This document shows positions 52,784-64,000 of a DNA stretch of 64,000 bases, in pieces. Position 1 is the first letter of the stretch; each line of letters starts with the position of its first letter. Source of the stretch: Paecilomyces variotii (taxonomy: Eukaryota); NCBI GenBank assembly GCA_004022145.1, contig RCNU01000007.1; one strand, written 5' to 3'. The notes under the pieces were generated by a model, which saw only the letters and a list, made by a program, of their open reading frames with translations, made no database searches and was not told the DNA's origin. The translations under genes and the position numbers were made by a program.

Positions 52784-53215
52784 TATTATGCCCCTAGCTC
52801 CCCGCTAGAGTATAAGTATATAGGGCTATAGTAAACTCCTGAACCTAAATATAATATTAAGGTAATTAGTTAAATCCTATACTCTCTACCTGTAAGAATT
52901 ATATAATATTAAAGCCAGGAAGTGCTTAAGGGTTAGGTTATAAATAGGCTCTAGATTATTGTCTTATTAGAAGCTAGCAATTTGTTTTAATATACTCTAT
53001 ATCCTATTATTTCTTTATTTATATAGATCCTTTATTATTAGACTTTTCTAGTATAAATCTTTCTCTATGCTAGTTATACCCTTTATTATAATAGTTACCC
53101 TTTATCTTGTTAGTAGACTCTTCTCTGAGCTGGGTGCGCGAATCTGCTACTCCCCTTGCTATAATTACTAGCGGAGTAATTCGCCAGTAACCTTCAGGAA
53201 CCCCTATTCCTTATA
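52784..53215 (+). repeat. 3' LTR of retrotransposon 1
   Basis: Follows the PPT and is followed by the TTAAT TSD. Confidence 0.93.
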
Positions 53216-55047
53216 TTAATCCCTTTTTAAGCATTAAGTATAAATGCTATAAATTAAATATCTTTAATAAGCTATAGGTAATCTATAGTTACTAAAGTGC
53301 TAATAACTTAATTATATTCTTACTATCTTTTAAAAGAGTTATTATTAGTAGTTATTAGATATTCTCTATATTATATTAAATAATAGAATAAAGCCAGGAC
53401 TTAAATTATAAAACTCTATAAAATAATTAGTTTTAATTAATAATATTAAAGGCTATTTAGATTTATTTAGCTATATCTCTATATAGAAATATTAGATTTA
53501 ATATAATAATATACTTCTTAACTAGACTTTATAAGTATAAAATATATCTATACTATTATATTTAATAGGTTTAATTAAATATAAAACTATATAAAAACTC
53601 TAAAAAGCTACTATCTTTAATTATAAAATAATTTAGTATATAATTACTTATTCTATATAGCTCAGATATATTCTGCTATAAGCTAATTACTATAAATAAG
53701 CTAAAGACGCAAATTAAAATTATTAGGCTTTTCTAATTCTTAAGAAATATGCAGATATAATTATTAAAAAAAGATATTATTATAAATGCTATAAGTCCTA
53801 ATAATAGTTTCTTTATTTTTAAATATTGCTTTAAACTATTAAAACTATATTTAGTTTAGAATAAGGTAATCTAATTCTAGTATAGAGAGTATTACTAATT
53901 AGGCAGATTTAAATATATTTTTAAATAAAGATAAATATATCTTTATAATTATATTTAATATAAGAAAGGTAAATATCTGCTTTCTTATATTATTATTATT
54001 CTTATATATTATTAGGGAGTTAATAATCTTATAAAAATTAAGAGAAATAGTTAAATTATATATATCTTATAATAAGCCTAATATTAAGATATTAGGATAT
54101 AATATAATTACTGCTGTTATAACTGCGCATATTATAGCTTTATATCTAAAGATTTTATTATATATTATCTCCTTAAAATTTATATTATTATAGATTATAA
54201 TATTCTATAAATTCTTTTTTAAATTTAGTAGTTATAACTATAATTAAGATTAGCCCCTTAAATTATCTAAGAGTTCTAAGGTCTTTATAGGAGAATTAGG
54301 GAGTAAAGGGTAGTTTATAAAAGTATAATATAACCAGGATATAGAATATTATAATAGAAATTAAGCTATCTTTTTATAGTCTGCTATTTATTTTATTAAG
54401 TAATTCCTTTATATATAACTATAGCATAATCTAAGACCTAATAAAGTCTTTATAACTTAATACTTTACTCCTAAGCTTATTAAATAGGTATTAAGAATTA
54501 AAAATAAATAATTAGACTATTTTATATAGTAAAAATAATAGATTATATTAATAATAATAAACAGCTATTATTAAAGACTTTTCTTATTATACTAGCTAAT
54601 ATAACTTATTTAATAGATACAGTAATTTCTTAGTAGATTATAGAGAAATATATACAGTCTAAATATAGTATTTTAAATAGTATTAAAGGCAGCATTAAAG
54701 TTAATATCTTTTAGCAGAGTAGTTTAATTAAATTTCCTAAAATATAGTTGTTTAACTAGCTTATTAAGCTTTATTTTAATTATTAAAGCTAAGTTATAAT
54801 AATTAATAACCTATAGTATTTCTTCTAATATCTCTTTTTAGGCGTAATATCTCTATTTATAAGTATAATAGCAATAATACTAGATCTCTAAAGAATATAT
54901 AATCTATATATATATAAGCTGTTTAAAACTCTAACAAGATTAATATAAATATTTAATAAAATTCTCTAGTCTCTATTAAATCCAGAATATTAATTATTTA
55001 TCTAGGTTATTTACTTTAAATATATTAATATTATTATTCTTTATCTT

Positions 55048-55281
55048 TATTACAGTACTAGCATAGGGGATTATATAAGGAGTTATATAATCTTGCAAAA
55101 ATATTTTTAGTATATAGCTTAATCTGAATTTAAGCTCCTTAAGCTATGTCTTATTTACTAAGCCTGCCTGTAATAGCCTATTCTAGTCTAAATTAGCTAG
55201 ATAGAGATCTTATAGCTAGTCCTAGTATTAACTACTTTATTTTATTTATTCTAACCCGCTTCCTAAGCCTATACCTTAATA
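55048..55281 (+). repeat. 5' LTR of retrotransposon 2
   Basis: Colinear with 60718-60951. Confidence 0.93.
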
Positions 55282-58200
55282 TTATATAGCTTTAACCTAG
55301 GAGTTAATATTATTAATAATACTTACCCTAATTCCTCTGTTCTTATTAATAACTCTAGAAGAGTTTATTAAATATATTATTATTAGTTATAGGCCAGAAT
55401 AATATAAATATTATTATCTAATATATAATTATATTAGTAAAGCTAAAGCTGCTACAAATAAGATAAACTATTAGGCTAAAATATATTTCTAAGAGCTTTA
55501 GCAAAAATTTGCCGCTATTTAATAAAGACTTAAATAAAAAATTATTAAACTTAAGGCTATTTAATAATATTAAAAGATTTAGCTTTAAAAAAAAGAATAA
55601 TAATATATCTAAGCTGTCCTTAAGAGAGATTAGGCCTATTATATAATTATACCTACTATAAATATATCTCTATTTATACTTAAATCTAAGCCTAATATTA
55701 AGAGGCTTATAGCTGCTCTAATAGAAATATTTAAAATACCTACTATTATATCTTCCTCTGCCCTTAAATTTTTAAAAAGACTCCCTAATCTTAATAAGTT
55801 TAAAGATAATTAAAAGGACCTTTAGCATTTTATAGCCTAAATTTAAGAGAAGATAATAATTAATTAAGACTAATTTCTGACTCTTTAGAACTATATAGCC
55901 TATATAATTAATTACTTAAAAAATATGCCTTATACTTAAGTATTGCTATATATTAGAGATAGAACCTATATTTTTAATAATTACTAAAAGATTCTAAATA
56001 TCTTAAAGCATATATTTAATAACTCTAATTATATAAATAATATATATAGTAAACTATTTAACCTCTATTAAACTAATAAAAAATTTAGAATCTTTTTTAT
56101 TAAGTTCTAGCGCCTAATACTAAAAAGAGAAATACTTAAAGAAATATTATTTACCCTGCTTAAACAAGCTATTAGTTAAGAACTTTAAGAAATATTATTA
56201 TATAATTAGCTTCTAAATTATAAATATTATTAGTTTACTAAATTTCTATAAGACCTTAAGAATTATTACTGCTAATATACTATAAACTAGCCCCTTATTA
56301 TAAAGACTTATATTACTATTTTAAAACTTATTTAATATATCTAGTCCCTCTTATCTATTCTAAGTCTTGCCCTAGCTATAAAATATAATAATTAGCCTTA
56401 AAGAAGCCCTATATAAAAGAGTAAATTAGCTCTAATATAGCCGCCTAATCTAATAAACTTAAATATTTTTAAATACTTAAATAGGAAAGGGTATAGCCTA
56501 TTATATTATAAAACTAATACCTATTTCTACTATAGCTCCTTAAAATATTATATTAAAAACTACCTATACCTAGATAACTGCTAGAAAATCTAGATTATAG
56601 CTATATATAAACTCTATCCCTAGACTCCCCAGGCAATCTAGTTCTTAGGCTTATATAGTCTATCCCTTAGCTAGTCTTCAGCAAAAAAAATAAGCCTAAA
56701 ATAAATTATAGCCAGGCTTAAGAATTATATATTATCTAAATCTTTACTATTATTATTTATAGAATTAACCTTAAGAAATACCTATAATAATTAAAATTAA
56801 TAATACTATTTATAATACTAGAAAAGAAGAAGAAAAAGATTTACCTATTAACTTACGCCTTATTTAATACTAAAGCTAAAGAATAAGGATTTATAAACTA
56901 AAGATAAGTTAAAAATTAGAAGTTAGAGCCTATTCCCCTAAAGAGCCTAATTATTCTATATATATTTAATAGAAGAGAACTAAAGGATAGGAAGATTATA
57001 TATTATATTTAAATAGATATAAGAATTAAGGATTATTTTAAAAAAGATACTAAGTTTTATATTATCTAACTAGCGCACTACCCTATTATTTTAAGATTTC
57101 CCTGGTTAAAGTACTATAACCTATACTTATAATTTACCGCCTATAATATTGCTTTTAATAATAATTATTATTAAAAAAATTATAATATACTCTTAAAACT
57201 AATTAAGATATCTGCCCTATATAATATTTCCCTAAAGGCTTTGTCTTAATACCTACCCCTAAGACCTAGAGGACTAAAAGAGAGAAATATAGCCTTTATT
57301 TCCCTAGCCGCCTATTCTACCTATATCTAAAGAAATATTCAAATATTTATAATTACCCTAAAAGACTTAGATACTGCTTTAAGGATTAAATAAGTTTAAG
57401 AAAAAGACCCTGCCCGCCTATTATCTAAAGAGTTTAAGAATTATATTAATATCTTTTTTCCTAAGGAGGCTAAGTGCCTATTATTATATTATTTTTATAA
57501 CTATAATATTAAGCTACTAGAGAAGAAATTGCTTCCCTTTAAACCTCTATATATTATATCCTAAGATAAATTAAAGGTCTTAAAAAAATAGATTAAAGAA
57601 AACTTAAAAAAAGAATTTATCTATCTAAGCTTATTATCTATTATATCTTTAATTCTATTTATTAAAAAATCTAGTAGAGGAATATAAATCTGTATAGATT
57701 ACTAAGCCCTAAATATAATAACTATTAAAGACTAATATCCCCTGCCTCTAACTAAGAAGACCCTAAACAATCTAAAAGGAATAAAGTATTTTATAAAGAT
57801 TAATATTATTTCTATATTTAATAACCTTTATATTAAAAAAGGATAAGAATACCTAATTACCTTCTATACCTAACTTAGCCTATTTAAATTATTAATAATA
57901 TTATTTAGCTTAATAGGAGTATTAGCAATATTTTAATAATTTATTAATAATACCCTATAAGATTACCTTAATATCTTTTATACTATATACCTCAACAATA
58001 TCTTAATATATAGTATAACCTATTCTAAATATATCTAATATATCTGCGCTGTCTTATAGAAGCTATATAAAATAAGCCTATATATAAAGATTTAAAAGTG
58101 CGAGTTTATTATCTCTAAGACTAAGTTCTTAGGCATTATTATTAGCTAAGACTGTATTAAAATAAACCTAAATAAAATAAAAACAATTACTGAATAGAAG

Positions 58201-60717
58201 ACCCTAATCTATATAATTAATATATAAGCCTTTATTAGATTTGGCAACTTTTACTATTAGTTTATTTATAACTTTTCTAAGATAATTATACTACTTATAA
58301 GCTTAACCTAGAAGAGAATTCCCTTTAATTAGATATTTATCTATTAGTCTAGTTTTAAAGCCCTAAAAGAAATATTTATTTAAGCCCTAATCTTAAAGCT
58401 ATTTAACTAGATCTATAAGGTTATAATTAAAACTAATTTATTTAACTATATATTAGCTAGAGTTATATCCTAGTATAATAATAAAGGAATCCTATATCTT
58501 ATTATATTTTTCTTAAAAAAGCTCTCTGCTATAAAATATAATTATAAGATTTATAATAAAAAACTATTAGTAATTATCTGCTGCTTTAAAGAATAATACC
58601 CTAAGCTTAAAGATATACTATTGCTAATTAAAGTTATTACAGACTATTATAATCTAAAATATTTTATATTAACTAAACTGCTAAACTAGTAATAGGCCTA
58701 TTAGTCTAAATTTCTATCCTAGTTTAACTTCTAAATTATATATTAACCCAGAAAGTAAAAAATAAAACCTAATACCCTAACTAAAAGGTTAGAAGATCTT
58801 CTTAAAAAAGGGGATAAATAGCTATAGTATTAGAGCTAGACAGTCTTAAAGAAGAAAAACCTTAACTTATAGATTTAGAGATCTCTAAAATTAAAAGCTA
58901 TTACTAGAAATTAAATAATAAAGCACATTTATTTTATTAATTTAATAGCTTAAGAAGTTAGAAATCTTATTAAACCTATAAGAATATCTGCCTAATTTAC
59001 TTTAAGATATTAATCTATTTAGCCTAGAGAACCTATTTAGTCTATTTTGCTGCCCGACCAGTTTATTAAAATTATTTAACCTGCTAAGAAGATAATCTAG
59101 TCTATTAAAGAGATTATTTAGCCTATTAAAAAAATAGCCTAGCCTATTAAATAAGACTAATTAAGTTCCCCTGCTATACTTAATAAACTAAAATACTTAT
59201 CTAGTATTAAAAACCTGCTAAATATAGCTTACCTATTTAATAACTTAATATAGTCTATCTTATAAGCCTTAGATTATAAAACTAATTATTATCCTAAGAT
59301 TATATTAGCTAATTATTAATAAAGAGAAAGATATTTATACTATAAAAATTATCTATATATTCCTAACTATAATAAGCTAAGAGCCCGCTTATTATAAGAA
59401 TACTACAATAAGTATATATTTAAATACCTTAGAAAATATAAGCTTTATAATCTAATTTTATAAGAGTATTACTAGCTAAATATATACTAATATATAAATT
59501 GCTAAACCCAGAATTGCTATATCTATTACTATATTATATCTTTAAATAAAGGCTGCTAAAGAGTCTTATACTAATTTCTTATTTCTAAATATTCTTAATA
59601 AGATATTTTAATAGATTTTATTATTAGACTTATACCTTGCTAAGGTTATAATATTATATTAGTTACTATAGACTAATTTATAAAGATAAGGCATTTTATT
59701 CCTTACTAAACTATCTGCAATACTAAAAGAGTAGCATAATTATATATCTACTATATATAGAAGCTTTATAGGCTACTAAAGACTATAATATCTAATTAAA
59801 GCCCCTAATTTATTACTGCTTTCTAAAAATACCTAATCTAATATTTAGATATTATAAACCTACTATTTATTGCCTATTATTCTAAAACTAATAATTAGAT
59901 TAAAAGAATAAATATTATCCTAGAATAATACCTGTGTGCCTATATTAGCTATCTATAAGATAATTAGGTTAACTAGCTACCTCTAGCTAAGTTTATATTA
60001 AACTCCCACTATTCTAAAACTACTAAAATATTACCCTTCTTTACTAATTATAGGTTCTATCTATATATAAGATTTAAACCTATTTAGCCTATAAACCAGC
60101 CTGCTATTAAAAATATTAAAGCCTTTATTAAAAAGATATAAGATATTATAGATTATATCTATACCCAGATTTATACCGCTTAAGCCTATTATAAAGAATA
60201 GACTAACTATTATTAAACCCTAGCCTGCTGCTATTATATAGAATAGTCTATTTAATTAAATACCTAGAATATCTATACTTAGCGCCCCTAAAAGAAACTT
60301 AATTAAAAGAATCTTAGCTTATTCTATATTACTAAAGTTATTAGCCTATATATCTATTAATTTAACCTATCTGCTTTAATATATATTTATCCTATATTTA
60401 ATATCAGCCTGCTTCGCCCTATTATTAAAGACCCTATGCCTAAATAAAAATAACCTTTATTACTACCTATTAAAATTAATAGCCTTAAGAAATAGGTTAT
60501 TAAAAATATCTTAAACTCTTAATAAGAATACTATAAGTATAAAGGCCCCTAACTATAATATATTATTAAGTAATTAGGCTATAATAACCTAATTAAAAAG
60601 CCTGTATACTATTTATAATATATCTAAAAAATTATTATAAATTTCTATTATTACTATCTAAATAAGCTAAAGCTTAGAGATAGTCTTAATAGAGCTTAAC
60701 CTTAAGAAGGGGAATAT

Positions 60718-60951
60718 TATTATAGTGCTAGTATAGGGGATTATATAAGAAGTTATATAATCTTATAAAAATATTTTTAATATATAGCTTAATCTGAATT
60801 TAAACTTTTTAAGCTATATCTTATTTATTAAGCCTGCCTGCAATAGCCTATTCTAGTCTGAATCAGCTAGATAGAGATCCTGTAGCTAGTCCTAGTATTA
60901 ACTACCTTATTCTATTCGTTCTAACCTACTTCCTAAGCCCGCACCTTGATA
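60718..60951 (+). repeat. 3' LTR of retrotransposon 2
   Basis: Follows the PPT, ends TTGATA (from TGACA) and is followed by the ATCTT TSD. Confidence 0.93.
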
Positions 60952-61427
60952 ATCTTATTATAACTCTTCCTAAGTTTATCTCTATTAATTATAAAATTAT
61001 TTAGCGAGATAAGCCCTATAAGAGGCGAGGATAAATAGTTTAAAGATATATTAGATAATAGCAGTTATAAATGCTACTCTTATAAGATTTTTATATAAAA
61101 TTAAGACTTTATATTAACTATTAGAAAAGCAGGAGATTAAAATAAATTAATTAAGCCTATTTTTAACCCAAAAAGAGGTAATTTAGGGTATAAAGTATTA
61201 AGTTAAAGATTAATACTTAATTTTTATATAGGGATAATTAAATAACCCTTATAAAACACAATTATTTATTTTTAAACCCTTTATAAGGTTTTTTATTATA
61301 TAGCCTGCTATTAATCTAAGAGTTAATAAATTGCTTTTATACTATATTATTGGCTCAATTCTTTAGTATATATGCTTATACAGGCCGTCGCAGTAAAAAG
61401 CCCACCCACAGGGGGGGCACCTCGCTA

Positions 61428-61450
61428 GAGGGTCTGAGCTTGCTGAGATA
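61428..61450 (-). repeat. Right terminal inverted repeat GAGGGTCTGAGCTTGCTGAGATA
   Basis: Inverted copy of 39659-39681. Confidence 0.93.
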
Positions 61451-62746
61451 ACACCTACCCGGGTACCTAGGTTCCTTAACCGTCCTGGCGGGTTGGTTAG
61501 TGCCAAGATTCCAGTGTACGCAGATTAGCCGACCATACTACAGAGTATTGGCGCTACCATAGATCAACTACACCAAAAAGAACGACCCTCCACTTTCGTC
61601 TGCCTGTATCTGACATATGTACTCCGTACTAATACTACTAAGACGACTACGCCTATTCTAGAACCGGACGTGATAAACTAAAGGATGACATGCCGGGGAA
61701 CTTGGAAGTCGCATCTTACGGGCTCAGCGTCATCGGCGGTCCTTTTGCTTATTGGTGCAGCTTCCAGCGCCCTCTCCGCAGCTGACACGACTTATCTGCG
61801 GATGGTATATTGTGTGGCTGTTTCATAGAACTATGTATATATGTTTGCCTCGACAGGTACCGAGGCTTGGTTTTGCTATGGTCGGGGTGCCTGAATCCAT
61901 CTTTATTTATAGGCCCTTTGCAACTCAAATACAGATTTATCAGTATAGTGGGAATATATTGGGCCACAGTGCTGCGTCTTATAGGGATCTGCTGTCCTGG
62001 ATTCACCCTTTTCGCGCCCGTTCCGGCTCCGTCATGATATACTTAGGCAGTTTGTCTGCGCATATGTTAGCGACCATCTTGATCAAATATTGTAATGAGA
62101 TATGGTAGGTAGTTTAAGGTAGTGCATTAGCTATATTTCTACTCGCTTAAAGCCGCTTGTTGGAAGTAAATCTAACTGAGCATATCCAAGAAAGAAATCC
62201 CAAACGGACTTGCAGATTTGATATGTGCGTGCAATACGCATTAACGGAATTCCCTGCCGACTGGATCACCCGCCCAAGCAGGTTGGTGCCATAACTAAAT
62301 GTATACAATTTTAACAATATATATCTTATACATATTTGTTCCAATAACTTTTAGATGCTTAGTTGTTGAGATATCCTGGTTTTGTTTTGTTTTATTTTTT
62401 TTAAGGCTATATTATATATAATACGGCACTGATCTGCCAGGACGAGTGATCCGGTCGGCAGGGAATTATGCTAACGCTCAATTGCGCATAGGTCCACCTT
62501 GTAAATTAATAAGGGGGAAGATCTCTACGGGGAGTAAACGGCGGCAGGTTAGATGGGCCATTGCATGGCAGCTTGGTTGACTAGAGCCAATGGACATGAA
62601 GGTGATTGCGGCTGTGCAAACGCTAAAGCAATATGTACCAATAGGCCTACAGTACCCCATCTCAGTCTAAGGCTAACTACCTACTTACATGGTTTCTTTG
62701 AACTCCATCCAATAAAAAAACAATATGCAGATTATTCTTAAGGGCC

Positions 62747-62774
62747 TGCACTTGCACTTGCACTTGCACTTGCA
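62747..62774. repeat. (TGCACT)4-TGCA hexanucleotide repeat
   Basis: Seen directly, about 610 bp upstream of the ATG at 63384. Confidence 0.9.
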
Positions 62775-63383
62775 GGGTAAACTGATATAACTGACTGTGA
62801 CTAAGCACAAGGACCTGGTAATTGATATTTCAAATTTCTCACATTTTTCATTTGCGAAATTTACACCGAAATCTCATGAAATTTTGAGATTCAAAAAACC
62901 ACCGCTATACTAAAAAAGAATCAACATGCGAAAAGTCCTGCTCTCTACTAGCTGAATCTCCTCGCTTACCTTTATACTTAATTTTTAGCGCGCCCCCTGC
63001 ATAGTCTATGCGTTTTGAATTTTGAAAAAAGGAGAGATGTCAGAATCACTGAAATAAATAACAGGTACCAGCTACCGGTCGGCTTTAGGGCTCCCGGGTT
63101 ACACTAGCGTTGCGCCACGAATCCCACGATTGATCTGGAGTATGCTCATCTCAAAGATTGAGTAGAGCAATGAGGCTGGAATATCTGCCGGAGGATGTTA
63201 TATATATAAACGCCATGGCATTCCTCCTTTCTTCTGCATATTCTCTCTACGATCGCAAGACTTTTCCAGGCATTGACAGCTTCCTTTACACACTTTCTAA
63301 TAAGCTCTTATACTTCTTATTGTTGCTGGGGGACTTGTCTTTTTCGCGATCGCTCGTATACCTCCCATTCCATCTCTTTCACG

Positions 63384-64000
63384 ATGTCCCTTTCTAACCC
63401 TCACGCGCCACCCGGACCAAATTGCTCTGGGGTTGGGTCTTCAGAAAACTTCGATACCTTATTTGGGGGAGCATTGTATAATACAGCGTTCGCAGATATC
63501 AACATACTTGATCAGTATATGCGCGTCCCGCAGACCTTGTATGATCCCAGCATCAATACGCTTTCCACATCGACTCCGTTTGATCAGAGTGGTTTTTCCG
63601 AATGGGTCAGGGAGAACACAATGCAGCATGGCTTAGTTGAGGAGAACAGATTTCCAGGCCTCCCTTCAATGAGTTATGATAACTCGACCTCGAACAACTA
63701 TCACCCCAATCCTCCTCAAATACCCACCTCAGCGCCACTCGACGAGAAGGATGATAACGCCGCTATGACTGACGGAAACGTGCCGTCTCGTCGTCAACAT
63801 AGGCCTGGGACAGGGTATGTCAATTGATCTATTACCAGTCGTTTAGTTAATGTTCAATCCCTCGTTTCTAACATCGGTCCTCGTTCTGAAAAAGTACCAA
63901 TCCCGGCCGCGTCAAATGTCGCTGGGAAGGCTGCACATACGCTGGCGATTTCACACGCGATACAACACTCTGGCGACACATCAAGACCCAACATCTCTTT
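63384..64000 (+). CDS. C2H2 zinc-finger protein, 5' part (runs off the window)
   Basis: ATG at 63384. Intron 63815-63894 (GTATGT...CTAAC...AAG). Exon 2 reads GRVKCRWEGCTYAGDFTRDTTLWRHIKTQHL. Confidence 0.8.

Larger units (their letters stand above)
45690..53215 (+). mobile_element. Full-length Ty3/gypsy chromovirus LTR retrotransposon 1 (7,526 bp, RIP-degraded)
   Basis: 432-bp LTRs. TTAAT TSD at 45685-45689 and 53216-53220. PPT AAGGGGAGGA before the 3' LTR. Relic gag zinc knuckle (~47115-47165), RT YLDD (~48282-48293), RNase H, integrase (HPQTDGQTE ~50072-50100) and chromodomain (~50675-50780). Confidence 0.93.
55048..60951 (+). mobile_element. Full-length Ty3/gypsy chromovirus LTR retrotransposon 2 (5,904 bp, RIP-degraded)
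   Basis: 234-bp LTRs. ATCTT TSD at 55043-55047 and 60952-60956. PPT AAGAAGGGGAA. Relic gag knuckle CFYCGSLEH..KDC (~56522-56563), RT YLDD (~57988-57999), integrase and chromodomain (~60490-60600). Confidence 0.93.
44890..61049 (-). pseudogene. Academ/DUF6589-like transposase, RIP-inactivated and split into three pieces (61049-60957, 55047-53221, 45689-~44890)
   Basis: Back-mutated motifs SGVKRRVMETLSGLGLCHSY (~54420-54475), IYDNINF (~54175-54195), HGDQLT (~53678-53695), WFHIQLNLL (~53560-53590), AIKHGDIGLL (~45565-45595) and KAIDLGLEHLN (~45360-45395). The frame is continuous once one TSD copy is removed at each LTR insertion. Confidence 0.8.
39700..61380. other. RIP-mutated AT-rich block
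   Basis: Extreme TpA excess with CpA/CpG/TpG depletion. Paired LTRs differ by C/T and G/A transitions in all segments compared. No ORF of 60 aa or more in the supplied track. Confidence 0.95.
39659..61450. mobile_element. AcademH-type DNA transposon (RIP-degraded; ~8.35 kb after removing two nested LTR elements)
   Basis: 23-bp TIRs (22/23 match). Flanking direct repeat CACCTACC at 39650-39657 and 61452-61459. Convergent relic RecQ-like helicase (+) and DUF6589-like transposase (-). Confidence 0.82.

Noticed and set aside
39700-61380. Centromere, mitochondrial insertion or assembly artefact
   Set aside because: The block is fully explained by three TEs with exact TIR/LTR/TSD boundaries and is flanked by normal genes.
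39659-61450. Tc1/mariner element with TA target duplication
   Set aside because: TA flanks the TIR core, but a longer direct repeat lies just outside it and the coding relics are a RecQ-like helicase and an Academ-like transposase, not DD34D/E.
61470-61560. 5S rRNA or tRNA fragment at the insertion site
   Set aside because: Only a few bases resemble 5S (CGACCATA), with no extended match or cloverleaf.
62747-62774. (TGCACT)n as a metal-response or Aft1-type array, or CRISPR-like repeat
   Set aside because: Matches neither TGCRCNC nor TGCACCC and has no spacers. It is a simple microsatellite.
29700-64000. Starship giant transposon
   Set aside because: No DUF3435 captain or convincing terminus in the window. 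It cannot be excluded beyond the right edge.

Overview
Filamentous ascomycete (Eurotiales-like) chromosomal window in three zones. (1) About 0.6-26.3 kb holds ordinary intron-containing genes: a C2H2 zinc-finger protein, an MFS sugar transporter, PKR1, APC2, an Alt a 1/Hrip1-like secreted protein, a TauD-family dioxygenase, a secreted lactonase, a class I glutamine amidotransferase-like protein and a Cys-rich zinc-finger protein. (2) 29.8-39.0 kb holds a head-to-head pair: a ~2,324-aa ZNFX1/UPF1-like SF1 helicase fused to three CbbX-type AAA+ ATPases, and a 431-aa protein with divergent DXO/Rai1-type (PD-(D/E)XK) nuclease motifs. This pair is a candidate RNA-surveillance/defence module. (3) 39.66-61.45 kb is an AT-rich, RIP-mutated block with no ORFs in the supplied track. 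It resolves by eye into one ~8.35-kb TIR DNA transposon of the AcademH type (RecQ-like helicase, DUF6589-like transposase, extra cargo frames). Its transposase was interrupted by two full-length Ty3/gypsy chromoviruses with exact LTR/TSD boundaries, one carrying an antisense Cys6-like frame. A C2H2 gene starts at 63384 and runs off the window. Translations inside the RIP block are manual back-mutations and are inferences. No tRNA, rRNA or CRISPR array was seen.
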